The notes below the pieces were generated by a model. It searched no databases and was not told the origin of the DNA. It saw only the letters and a program-made list of their open reading frames with translations. 64,000 nucleotides of DNA from an uncultured delta proteobacterium (GTDB taxonomy: Bacteria; Myxococcota_A; Polyangia; Haliangiales; Haliangiaceae): assembly GCA_963848295.1 (NCBI GenBank), contig CAWKDB010000010.1, forward strand, positions 4,704,001-4,768,000. Direction: 5' to 3'. A program made the translations under genes and the position numbers. Below are positions 32,077 through 42,818 of the stretch, piece after piece. Position 1 is the stretch's first letter; the number at the start of each line of letters is the position of its first letter.

Positions 32077-32712
32077 TCAGCTCGCGCGGCGGAGCGCGGT
32101 CCCGAGCTCTTCGACGAGCGCGGCGCGCACGGCGGCGACATCGAGCTCGCCGACGAGATCGGCGAGCGACGTCATCACGCTCGCCTCGAACCCGCACGGG
32201 TTGATCCGGCGGAAGTAGTCGAGGTTCGTCGTGACGTTCAGCGCCATGCCGTGGAACGTGACCCACTTGCGGCACGCGATGCCGATCGACGCCAGCTTCT
32301 TGCGGCCGAGCGCCGTCGTCGTCCACGCACCGGTCTTGCCCGGTTCGCGATCCGCGATCACGCCGAAGCGAGCGCAGGTCGCGATCGCGGCGTCTTCGAG
32401 ATGGCGCAGGAACGCGTGGAGGTCGCGCTCGCCGACTTCGAGCTGGACGATCGGATAGACGACGAGCTGGCCGGGCCCGTGATACGTGACGTCGCCGCCG
32501 CGCTCGACCTCGACGACTTCGACGTCCCCGGGCGCGAGCACGTTGTCGTGCGCGCTGCGCTTGCGGCCGAGCGTGAACACGTGCGGATGCTCGACGACCA
32601 GCAGCGTGTCGCCGACCGCGCCGGTCTGGCGCTCGGTGACGAGCGCGAGCTGTCGCGCCCACACGTCGCGAAACGGCGCGGTGCCGAGATCGTGCACGGT
32701 CCACGATTGCAC
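32077..32712 (-). CDS. lipB: Lipoyl(octanoyl) transferase
   Basis: VEHPHVFTLGR, ERGGDVTYHGPGQLVVYPI, KLASIGI, HGMALNV, INPCG. Confidence 0.96.
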   Translation of the reverse strand: MQSWTVHDLGTAPFRDVWARQLALVTERQTGAVGDTLLVVEHPHVFTLGRKRSAHDNVLAPGDVEVVEVERGGDVTYHGPGQLVVYPIVQLEVGERDLHAFLRHLEDAAIATCARFGVIADREPGKTGAWTTTALGRKKLASIGIACRKWVTFHGMALNVTTNLDYFRRINPCGFEASVMTSLADLVGELDVAAVRAALVEELGTALRRAS

Positions 32713-32732
32713 GATCTCTGGCTACCACGGAC

Positions 32733-33209
32733 CTACGCCTTGCGCAGCGTCTTGCAGATCGCAGCGACGGTCGCGATGTCCTTGTCGGTCGTGAAACGGC
32801 ACTCCGCGGTGCCGTCGCCGGCCGGGACGACGACCGAGACTTTCGGCGCCATCACGTCCTTGTTGTTGATCCGCGCCGCCTTGACGTCGCACTGAACGAA
32901 CATCCCGCCGCCGGGCAGGCTCGCCTTGGTCGCCTTCGTCGCGTCTTCGCAGAACGAGTGCTGGACGAGCTCGTCGAGCGACGCCGGCATGGGGCTGTGG
33001 TGGACGACGACCTGGATGCTCATCCCATCGTCGCCGGCCGGTTGGAGCGAGTAGGAGCGGTCCGAGTCGGTCTTGACCGTCCAGCCCGACGGCAGATCGA
33101 CGACGAGGCCGGAGCTGGCGATCGGTTGGGTCGCGAGCTCGGGGCCGGCCTTGCCGCAAGCGACGAGGCTGAACATGGCGGCGGTAGCGATCATGGCGAG
33201 GTGCTTCAT
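32733..33209 (-). CDS. Hypothetical lipoprotein
   Basis: Lipobox LVA-C; four Cys in the mature part. Confidence 0.7.
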   Translation of the reverse strand: MKHLAMIATAAMFSLVACGKAGPELATQPIASSGLVVDLPSGWTVKTDSDRSYSLQPAGDDGMSIQVVVHHSPMPASLDELVQHSFCEDATKATKASLPGGGMFVQCDVKAARINNKDVMAPKVSVVVPAGDGTAECRFTTDKDIATVAAICKTLRKA

Positions 33210-33296
33210 GCCCGGGTCAGTACCTCCCGGACGCGAATGGCCCCTACGAATAGATCACGACTCGCGTTCACTCGCGCCGCGGTCGCTCGCGACCGC

Positions 33297-33673
33297 TCAG
33301 TTCACGGTGCAATTGCGCAGCACCCAGATCGGAGCATCGGTGCCCTGGCTGATCTCGCCGTTCGCTGCCCGTTTCGCTTCGGCATCGGGGTTCTGTTCGA
33401 GCACGCCGTGACCAGTCACGGGCTTACCGTCGAGCTCGGCGGGCCATTGCTGCAAACGGTCGCAGTAGACGACGAGACCCGGCAACGTGATCACGGCGCC
33501 GAGCTTGGCGTTGCCGGCGGTGCCTCTGACGTCGACCGAGCTGCCGAGCCCGGCGTTGGCCGTCGCCGCATCCGCGACCACAGGTGTCGGGGCGTGGACA
33601 GGCATCCGATCGACCGGCTGGGCGCGCGCCCCGCCGCAAGCGGCGAGCGCAGCGAGTAGCACCTCCCTCGTCC

Positions 33674-33677
<4 letters not shown>
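33297..33677 (-). CDS. Hypothetical lipoprotein
   Basis: Lipobox LAA-C; ATGA overlap with the lpdA stop. Confidence 0.65.
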
Positions 33678-35098
<1,421 letters not shown>

Positions 35099-35162
35099 GA
35101 CCGCGTCATACCACCCAGCCGGGAATGCGTCACGCGGCGGTGGACCCGCGCGGCCTCGACGC

Positions 35163-37706
35163 TCACCGAGAGCTCGGTGCGGCCGGGCTCGGAGCCTGGG
35201 GGTTCTCGAGGTGCAGCTCGATCAGCTGGTTCTGGAACTTGATCCGCATCAACATCAGCTGCTCTTGGTCCTCGACGAGCGCCAGCGTCAGCTTCTGGAT
35301 CCGCTCGGACGTGTCGACGAGCTTGGCGTGCAGCGATGCCATCAAGTCGCCGCTCGTTCGCACGAGCTTCAGCGACACGATCTGGCCGTGCAGCTCGCCT
35401 TCACGCGCCCGATAGTCGGCGAGCTCGTCGCGCACCGTCTGGATCTTGTCGATCAGGTCCGCCGCCGATCGATGGGTCGCGATCACCGCTTCGATCTGAG
35501 CCTTGAGCTGCGGCGAGGCATCGGGTTCGTCGATGTAGACCTTCATCATGTCGAGCGCCTCGGTCGAGCCGAGCTGCAACGACCGCTCGAGCGGCGTGGT
35601 CTCCGCGATCGTGACGTGCTTGGTCTGGCCCGCGCCGATGTCGACCTCGAACAGCTGCGAATCGCCGACCCGCAACGACTCGGCCGGCGCCGCGACGAGC
35701 GTCCAGCCGGTTTCGACGCGATGGCGCACGAACACCTTCGTGGGCTCGGTCAGCCGACTCGTGATCGTGAAGGTCGTCGCGCGGCGATGCTGCAGCTCCG
35801 CGGTGATGACGCCGCGCTCCGCGGTCACGAGCTTTGCGATCCGCTCGTTGTCCGCGCCGGCGGTCTCGACGACGATCTGGCGATCGAGCGCGAACGGCAC
35901 GACGACCGACGCCTTCGGCGGCACCTGTTCGGTCAGACCCTCGCCGATGAACCGGTCGTCGCCATAGACCGTGACCGGCCCGGCTTCGAGCGTGTCGCTC
36001 GTCGGGTTCCGGAGGCGCACCGCTTTGAAGGCGAAGCGCTTGTCACCGCGATCCGACACCGGGTCATACAGATAGACGACGCCACCGGGCGTCTCGTCGT
36101 GGACCATCGCGACCATCGCGCTCGACCCGGCCTTGACGGTCATCGGGCGCTCCGACATGAAGTGGCTCTCGCCGACCGGCGTATCCGGTCCGCCTTGGGC
36201 GCGCAGCACCGGCGCGGCGGGCTCGACCTTCGCGCCCGGCGCGACCGCGAGCACGCGGACGTGTCCGGTCTCGTCGTTGCCGACCTTTTGCACGATATGG
36301 ATCTTCGTCGCCGAGATGCCCCGGTCGACGAGCTTGGTGCGCAGCGCGTTCGCTCGCGCCTGGGCGTCGGCCGCGGTCGTCGCGTGGGTCTCGATCACGA
36401 CGTCGCGCTTGGAATCGACGATCTTGCCGATGAGACCGCGCAGCTTCGCGTCGGGATCGGGCTTCGGCGCGGGCTTCGGCGTGTCGTAGTTGCCGTAGCC
36501 GCCGATTGCAGTGTGATGGAACGCGTCGAAATCATCGCCTTGCGATCCCGCGGCAGCGCCGAGCGCCCCATCGAACGTCCGGCCCGGAGCCGGAATGTTT
36601 TTGAGGTACTGTCGGTCGAGCGTGATCCCCTGGCTGCTCGACGTTTGATCGATCATCGGCGCCTTGGCCGCGATCTGGAGCGTCTCGCCGCGATTCATGG
36701 AGCTCTGATCGATCTTCTGGTAGACGTTCGACTGCTTGTTCGCTGCGACTTGCACGCCGCTCCGTTCGACCTTGAGATCGGCGTAGAAGAACGTGATGAG
36801 GTAGTTGCCGGGCGGAAGGTCGTCGATCTTGTAGGCGCCTTGCTCGTCGGTGATCGCCGTCTGGGTCTGAGCCAAAGCGGGAGAGGTCGCGATCACGGTC
36901 ACGCCCGCGAGCTTTTCACCGGTCTTCTTGTCGGTGACGACGCCGCGGACGCTTCCGGCCGTCGAGCTCGTCGTGTTCGTGCCGCCGCTGACGTACTGGT
37001 TCGCGAGACTCGACGAGCCGGAGAACGAAACGGCCTTGTCATCTCCTTGGCTGCCCGCCGCCGGTAGGATCTCGCCCGCGTCGAGATCGACGACCTCTTC
37101 ACCACCGGCGCCTTGCACGTACGGCGACACCCCGGTCGGCGGCGCACTCGCGAACGTGTCGGTGCCCTCGAGCAGATCGCGATCGACGTTGCGCACGCTC
37201 CACAGGTCGTAGCGAAACGACAGCGCCGAGCTCGCGCCGACGCCGACGAGCACGCCCTTCCAATCCTCGCCCGACATGTTATCGACGATCGCCCAGCCTT
37301 CGAGCATCACCTTGCCCTTGTCGCCGACGACGACGCGATACGTCGGCTTCCAGGCCGGCGCTTCGGTGACGTAGGTCAGCAGCACGTCCGCGTGCTTGTG
37401 CTCGGGTGTCTCGAGCATCATCGTCAAGTAGTCGCCGCCTTCATCTTCCTTTCGAGGGATGGTGACGGACAGCGGCTTCTTGGTGAAGCGATCGACGACG
37501 GTCAGCGACTTGAGAAAGTCATCGACGCGGTTGCGCGGAACCCGAACCGCGAGCTTGCCATCGTCGACGGTCGCATCGCGCTCGTAGAACGCGACGCCGT
37601 TGCGATACACGACCACGCGCCCGAGCACGGCGCCGTCGACCGCGACGTGCGTGTGGTGGAAGAAACAACCGGACAGCAAGGCGGCGATCAGAGAGAAGCG
37701 GCGCAT
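35163..37706 (-). CDS. DUF4139-like lipoprotein with an inserted carboxypeptidase-regulatory-like domain, TBDR-plug-like fragments and an OmpA-like segment
   Basis: Start MRRFSLIAALLSG-C; VVVYRNGVAFYER, DDFLKSL, WKPTYR..EGWAIVDNMSGEDW; insert GSVRGVVTD..TDEQGAYKIDDLPPGNY; RANALRTKLVDRGISATKI. Confidence 0.8.
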   Translation of the reverse strand: MRRFSLIAALLSGCFFHHTHVAVDGAVLGRVVVYRNGVAFYERDATVDDGKLAVRVPRNRVDDFLKSLTVVDRFTKKPLSVTIPRKEDEGGDYLTMMLETPEHKHADVLLTYVTEAPAWKPTYRVVVGDKGKVMLEGWAIVDNMSGEDWKGVLVGVGASSALSFRYDLWSVRNVDRDLLEGTDTFASAPPTGVSPYVQGAGGEEVVDLDAGEILPAAGSQGDDKAVSFSGSSSLANQYVSGGTNTTSSTAGSVRGVVTDKKTGEKLAGVTVIATSPALAQTQTAITDEQGAYKIDDLPPGNYLITFFYADLKVERSGVQVAANKQSNVYQKIDQSSMNRGETLQIAAKAPMIDQTSSSQGITLDRQYLKNIPAPGRTFDGALGAAAGSQGDDFDAFHHTAIGGYGNYDTPKPAPKPDPDAKLRGLIGKIVDSKRDVVIETHATTAADAQARANALRTKLVDRGISATKIHIVQKVGNDETGHVRVLAVAPGAKVEPAAPVLRAQGGPDTPVGESHFMSERPMTVKAGSSAMVAMVHDETPGGVVYLYDPVSDRGDKRFAFKAVRLRNPTSDTLEAGPVTVYGDDRFIGEGLTEQVPPKASVVVPFALDRQIVVETAGADNERIAKLVTAERGVITAELQHRRATTFTITSRLTEPTKVFVRHRVETGWTLVAAPAESLRVGDSQLFEVDIGAGQTKHVTIAETTPLERSLQLGSTEALDMMKVYIDEPDASPQLKAQIEAVIATHRSAADLIDKIQTVRDELADYRAREGELHGQIVSLKLVRTSGDLMASLHAKLVDTSERIQKLTLALVEDQEQLMLMRIKFQNQLIELHLENPQAPSPAAPSSR

Positions 37707-37810
37707 GCTTTCAGTTATGCGCTCGCCGCGCGATCGATCCAGCGGTTGCCACTGACGCCTCAAGTCGCGTAGCGGTGTCGCAGCGGTCTCGCGGTGTCGC
37801 ACCTGCGCGG

Positions 37811-38461
37811 TCACCGGCCGAACGCCCAGGCGACGTCGAGCAAGACGCTGCGGTCCCAACCCGTGCCCGCCGACGGCGCATCGCACGGGCCGCCGCACGC
37901 GAGCCGGTTGCTGACGCTCTGCTTCGGTGCGAACTGCGCTCGGAGTGCATACGTCATCCCGTGCAGATGGCGTCCGATGCGAAACTCGGTGGTGAGCCCG
38001 AGCCCGAGCGCGATGTCCGGGCGGGTCCACACCCCGCCGGCGTCCCAATCGAAGTGCTCGACGCCCGCGCCGGCCTCGACCCACACATCGAGCCAACCGG
38101 ACTCGCGGCGTTCGTCATCGCCAATCCGGTCGACGGTGTAGCGCCCGGCGACGCCGAGCCGTTGCTCGAGACCACTGCCGCCGACCGGGATCAGCCCCGC
38201 TTGGGCCGCGTCGTTCGGCGGCGCGGGCGCGCGATACGATTGCGCGGCGACCTCGTACTCGGCGTAGAGCAGGAACATCGGCCGAGGACGGATCCCGATC
38301 GCAGCCTCGACGCCGCGCACGCTGCCGGGCCCGCTATCGACGCCGTTGATGTAGGCGCTGCCGTAGCGGAAGCCGAGCTCGGCCTGGACAGCGGCCGGCG
38401 GATCGGCGCTCGCTGGCGCGGCGACTCCTAGAGCGATGATCGTGACGAATGAATGGCGCAT
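37811..38461 (-). CDS. Hypothetical secreted, probable outer-membrane beta-barrel protein
   Basis: Signal peptide, alternating aromatic beta-strands, ends VAWAFGR. Confidence 0.65.
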   Translation of the reverse strand: MRHSFVTIIALGVAAPASADPPAAVQAELGFRYGSAYINGVDSGPGSVRGVEAAIGIRPRPMFLLYAEYEVAAQSYRAPAPPNDAAQAGLIPVGGSGLEQRLGVAGRYTVDRIGDDERRESGWLDVWVEAGAGVEHFDWDAGGVWTRPDIALGLGLTTEFRIGRHLHGMTYALRAQFAPKQSVSNRLACGGPCDAPSAGTGWDRSVLLDVAWAFGR

Positions 38462-38556
38462 CTCGCCATCTATCCGGACGGCGCGCGACCGATCCAGCTC
38501 CAGCTACTGACGACACGGGGGTTACCTGCGTGTCGCAGCGCGATCGAGCTGTCGCA

Positions 38557-39693
38557 TCACGTGCCGTGCAGCGCGCTCAGCTGCTCTTCGAGCAACCACG
38601 TCGGGCGCTCGAACACATCGTCGATCATCGTCGACAGTGCGGGCATCGGCAGCGCCTCCTGCCGCGCGATCGCTTCGCGCACCTGTTCTTCGATCCGCGC
38701 CGCCATCGCCTCGCGCTCGCCGGTCGCGAGCCAACCGCGGGCAGAGAGGAACGCTTCGAGCCGGCCGATCGGATCGCGCTTGGTGCGCCACATCTGGGTC
38801 ACCGCTTCGTCGCGATAGCGCGTCGGATCGTCCGACGTCGAGTGCGCGCTCACCCGATACGTCAGCAGCTCGAGGAACGTCGCGCCATCGCCACGCCGCG
38901 CTTTGTCGGCGGCGTAGCTGACCGCCGAGTGCACCGCGAAGATGTCGTTGCCATCCACGCGCAGAGGCTCGATGCCATAGCCGATCGCCTTGAGTGCGAT
39001 CGTCTCGGCCGCGGTCTGCACGCCGCCGGGCGTCGAGATCGCCCACTGGTTGTTCTGGCAGATCAGCACGACCGGCGCGCGCATGACGCCGGCGAAGTTC
39101 ATCGCGACGTGGAAATCGCCTTCCGAGGTCCCGCCGTCGCCCATGTAGCCAAAGCACGCGCGGCCGCGATCGCCTTTGAGCTTCATCGCCATCGCGACGC
39201 CGACGGCGTGGGGGATCTGGGTCGACACGCACGACGACATCACGACGTAGTGATGCTCGCGGTCGCACGGGTGGCACGGCATCTGCCGGCCTTTCGTCGG
39301 ATCTGCGGCATTGCCGTAGATCTGCGCGACGTACGAGTCGAGCGTCAGCCCGCGATACAGGCCGACGCCGGCCTCGCGCAGCGCCGGCACGATCCAATCA
39401 TCGGGCAACGTCGCCGCCGCCGAGCCGACGATCGCCGCTTCCTGGCCGGACATCTCGCCGTAGAAGCTGATCTTGCCCTGACGCTGCAGTGCGATCATCC
39501 GCGGATCGGTCACGCGAATCCGCAGCATCTGCTCGAACAAGTGGCGGGCGAACGCGCGATCGATGTGGGCGACCGCGCCGTCGTCGATCGCGGTGCCGTC
39601 CTCGCGCAGCAGCTGATACAGCCCGCGCGCCTTCGCGTCATCGTCGCCCGCGAAGTACGCGGTCGTCGTGCGAGGCGCGGTGGCGTGAGCCAT
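38557..39693 (-). CDS. 2-oxoacid dehydrogenase E1 alpha subunit (second copy)
   Basis: LQRQGKISFY, GQEAA, KGRQMPCH, GDGGTSEGDFH..NNQWAIS ThDP motif, YRVSAHSTSDD. Confidence 0.93.
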   Translation of the reverse strand: MAHATAPRTTTAYFAGDDDAKARGLYQLLREDGTAIDDGAVAHIDRAFARHLFEQMLRIRVTDPRMIALQRQGKISFYGEMSGQEAAIVGSAAATLPDDWIVPALREAGVGLYRGLTLDSYVAQIYGNAADPTKGRQMPCHPCDREHHYVVMSSCVSTQIPHAVGVAMAMKLKGDRGRACFGYMGDGGTSEGDFHVAMNFAGVMRAPVVLICQNNQWAISTPGGVQTAAETIALKAIGYGIEPLRVDGNDIFAVHSAVSYAADKARRGDGATFLELLTYRVSAHSTSDDPTRYRDEAVTQMWRTKRDPIGRLEAFLSARGWLATGEREAMAARIEEQVREAIARQEALPMPALSTMIDDVFERPTWLLEEQLSALHGT

Positions 39694-39718
39694 GCGCCGA
39701 ACGTACAACGGGAACGGT

Positions 39719-40393
39719 TTAGTGAGCGGCTACAGTCGCGACTTTGGCGGTCGAGACCACGAGCTGCCACGTCTCCGTCTTGCCGTCACCCTGGAAGTTC
39801 GTGGTGACGAGCGTGCCGTCGGTGCTGAACACGCCGTCGATGCCGTAGTCGGTCGCGTCGATCGCGCCGACGTTCGCGTCGTAGGTGCCGGTCTGGACCT
39901 GACCATCGACCGAGAGCTGCAACGAGCCGTCGACCGCGAGCGTGATCGTGTCGATCGTGCCCGACTCGCTGCCCGGCTTGGTGAACATCGCTTGCGCTGG
40001 AAGCATGCCGACCGGGGTGTTCCACCACGCGCGGCTCGCGGCGTCGGTGCACAGCACGTCCGCGTGGTCGAGCCCGGTCTGATCGAGCGAGTCTTGCACC
40101 CATGTACCGTCGCCCATCCCGGTCATCGCCAGGGTCGTCGCGTCGAGTGAGAACAACCTCGCGCCGGACGTGCCGAGCGCGCCGTTGACCGTCGCATCCT
40201 CGTCCGTGCTCTGCCAGCCTTCGTAGCTGTTGCCGGCCGCGAGCTGAGCCGAGAACGCGCCGTTCTCGCAGACGACGAGCATGTCGCCGTTGCGGGTGTA
40301 CACGCGGTCGCCACCCCCGTTGTAGCCGCCGCAGCCGCAGCCGGCGAACGTGAGCATGGACGTCAAGGTTGTCAGGGCGATGAGCTTGTTCAT
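39719..40393 (-). CDS. Hypothetical lipoprotein
   Basis: Lipobox FAG-C; D/G/T-rich mature region. Confidence 0.7.
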   Translation of the reverse strand: MNKLIALTTLTSMLTFAGCGCGGYNGGGDRVYTRNGDMLVVCENGAFSAQLAAGNSYEGWQSTDEDATVNGALGTSGARLFSLDATTLAMTGMGDGTWVQDSLDQTGLDHADVLCTDAASRAWWNTPVGMLPAQAMFTKPGSESGTIDTITLAVDGSLQLSVDGQVQTGTYDANVGAIDATDYGIDGVFSTDGTLVTTNFQGDGKTETWQLVVSTAKVATVAAH

Positions 40394-40405
40394 GCCGAGA
40401 CATAT

Positions 40406-40421
40406 CGCAACCGGCGAGCCA
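40406..40421 (-). promoter_or_regulatory. Sigma54 (-24/-12) promoter, probably leaderless
   Basis: Minus strand TGGCTCG-CCGG-TTGCG, ending 12 nt before the ATG at 40393. Confidence 0.6.
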
Positions 40422-40495
40422 CCAAGCCCGCCTATAATTCTAGCGACTTGTACGCGGCGCGCCGACCGGTTCGGCTCGGGTGCCTGACATGGATG

Positions 40496-41830
40496 TCAGA
40501 CCATCTCCATGAACATGGTCGTCGGGTCTTCGAGCAGGGTCTTGACGTCTTGTAAGAACATTGCGCCATCCCACCCATCTGCCAGTCGGTGATCGACCGA
40601 GATCGACAGGTTCATCAGGTGGCGCGCCACGATCTGGCCGTTGCGCACCGCCGGTCGCTCTTCGATCTTGTGGACGCCTACGATCGCGACCTCCGGGAAG
40701 TTGATGATCGGAGTCGCGAGCACGCCGCCGAGCTTGCCGAGCGAGCTGATCGTGAACGTCGAGCCGACGAGCTCGTCCCGGGTCGCGGTGCCGGTGCGCA
40801 CCGCCTCGCCCAGCCGGTCGATCTCGCGCGACAGATCGAAGATCGAGCGGTGGTCGGCGTCGCGAACCACCGAGACCGCGAGGCCGTGCGGTCCCTGCGC
40901 CGCGATCCCGATGTGGTAATAGCGCTTGCGCACGATCTCTTGGGTCGCTTCATCGAGCGACGCGTTCAGCGACGGCCACTTCTTCAGGCCGGAGACGATC
41001 GCCTTGACGATGAACGGCAGGTAGTTGAGCTTCACGCCGCGCTCGGCGGCGCGCGCCTTCGCTCGTTCGCGCACCGCGACGAGCTCGGTCATATCGATCT
41101 CTTCGACGTACGTGAAGTGCGCCGCGGTGTGGACCGCGCGCGCCATCTGCTCGGCGATCTTCTTGCGAATACCGCGCAGCGGCACGCGCTCCTCGTCGTA
41201 GCCGGCGCCAGCGCGCGCGATCGAGATCGGGGCGTGGCGAACCGCGAGCGACGTCGCCGCGGGTGACTCGTGGAACTGCTTGACGTCGTCGGTCGTGACC
41301 CGGCCATGCTTGCCCGTCGCCGGCACGGTGCCGAGCTCGATGCCGAGCTGACGAGCGAGCCGACGCGTCGCCGGGGTGGCGAGCACGCGCGTGCGCTCGA
41401 CCGAGGCATCCACGACCTGGATCTGACGCGGAGCCGGCGCGATCGGCGCACCGGCGATCGGCGGCGGGATCGAGCTGGCGACCGCGCGCTTGATCGCTTG
41501 ATGCGTCGACGCCTTCGAACGCGGCGCGGGCTCGATCGCCGGCTTGGCGCCGTGACCGTTCCCCGACTTCGCGGGCGTCGCGGCGGCGCCGGCTTCTTCT
41601 TCGATCACGACGAGCACCTTACCGACCGGGCAGATCTCGCCGTCCTTGTAGTTGATCTTCGCGATCCGCCCGGCGCGCGGCGACGGCAGCTCGACCGTCG
41701 CCTTGTCGGTCATCACCTCGACGATCGGCTGGTCGAGCTTGACCTGATCGCCCTCCTTGACCTTCCAACCAACGATCTCGCCCTCGACGACGCCTTCGCC
41801 GATGTCGGGCATGTAGAAGTCGAATGCCAT
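40496..41830 (-). CDS. Dihydrolipoamide acyltransferase (E2), one lipoyl domain
   Basis: PDIGEG..VMTDKATVE lipoyl Lys, ATPATRRLAR E3-binding domain, DHRLADG catalytic motif. Confidence 0.96.
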   Translation of the reverse strand: MAFDFYMPDIGEGVVEGEIVGWKVKEGDQVKLDQPIVEVMTDKATVELPSPRAGRIAKINYKDGEICPVGKVLVVIEEEAGAAATPAKSGNGHGAKPAIEPAPRSKASTHQAIKRAVASSIPPPIAGAPIAPAPRQIQVVDASVERTRVLATPATRRLARQLGIELGTVPATGKHGRVTTDDVKQFHESPAATSLAVRHAPISIARAGAGYDEERVPLRGIRKKIAEQMARAVHTAAHFTYVEEIDMTELVAVRERAKARAAERGVKLNYLPFIVKAIVSGLKKWPSLNASLDEATQEIVRKRYYHIGIAAQGPHGLAVSVVRDADHRSIFDLSREIDRLGEAVRTGTATRDELVGSTFTISSLGKLGGVLATPIINFPEVAIVGVHKIEERPAVRNGQIVARHLMNLSISVDHRLADGWDGAMFLQDVKTLLEDPTTMFMEMV

Positions 41831-41831
41831 G

Positions 41832-42806
41832 TCACCACTCCAAGACTTGGCGAACCGCGCCGAGCACGCGATCGGCGTTCGGCATGTACTCGTGCTCGAG
41901 CGAATACGGGAACGGCGTGTCGAACCCGGCGACGCGCAAGATCGGCGCCTCGAGGTGCTCCATCGCGCGCTCCTGGATCGAAGCGACGAGCTCGGCGCCG
42001 AACCCGCACGTCTTCGGCGCCTCGTGCACGATCACGCAGCGCCCGGTCTTCTCGACGCTCGCGAGGATCGTGTCGATGTCGAACGGCATCAGCGTGCGCA
42101 GGTCGACGACCTCGAGCGAGATGCCCTCGTCCGCGGCTTTCTTCGCGGCTTCCTCGGCGATCGACACCATGCCGCTCCACGCGAGCACCGTGACTTGATT
42201 GCCGGGCACCGAGATCGCGGCCTTGCCGAGCTCGATCGTGTACTCGTCCTCCGGCACCTCACCCTTCGACGCGCGATAGATCCGCTTCGGCTCCATGAAC
42301 AGCACCGGATCGTTCTGGCGCATGCACGCGAGCAGCAGGCCCTTGGCGTCGTACGGGTTCGACGGGGCGACGACCTTCAAGCCCGGGGTGTGGATGAACA
42401 AGGCCTCGGGCGACTGCGAGTGATAGTGACCGCCGCGAATGCCGCCGCCGACCGGTGTGCGAATCACGACCGGGCACGGATACTGACCGCCCGAGCGGTA
42501 GCGAAACTTCGCGAGCTCGTTCACGATCTGATCGAACGCCGGGAAGATGAAGTCGGAGAATTGAATCTCCGGCACCGGTCGCAGGCCGTACAGCGCCATG
42601 CCGATCGCGGTGCCGATGATGCCCGCCTCGGCGAGCGGTGTGTCGATCACGCGATCGGGGCCGAACTCGTCGTGCAAGCCGCTCGTGGCGCGGAACACGC
42701 CGCCGAACTTGCCGACGTCCTCGCCGAGGACGACCACGCGCGAGTCCACGCGCATCTGCGTCTGCAGTGCGCTGCGAACTGCTTCGATGATGTTCATGAC
42801 AGCCAT
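41832..42806 (-). CDS. 2-oxoacid dehydrogenase E1 beta subunit
   Basis: GEDVGKFGGVFRAT, DTPLAEAGI, EIQFSDF, GGHYHSQSPE. Confidence 0.96.
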   Translation of the reverse strand: MAVMNIIEAVRSALQTQMRVDSRVVVLGEDVGKFGGVFRATSGLHDEFGPDRVIDTPLAEAGIIGTAIGMALYGLRPVPEIQFSDFIFPAFDQIVNELAKFRYRSGGQYPCPVVIRTPVGGGIRGGHYHSQSPEALFIHTPGLKVVAPSNPYDAKGLLLACMRQNDPVLFMEPKRIYRASKGEVPEDEYTIELGKAAISVPGNQVTVLAWSGMVSIAEEAAKKAADEGISLEVVDLRTLMPFDIDTILASVEKTGRCVIVHEAPKTCGFGAELVASIQERAMEHLEAPILRVAGFDTPFPYSLEHEYMPNADRVLGAVRQVLEW

Positions 42807-42818
42807 GCCGGACTCCGA

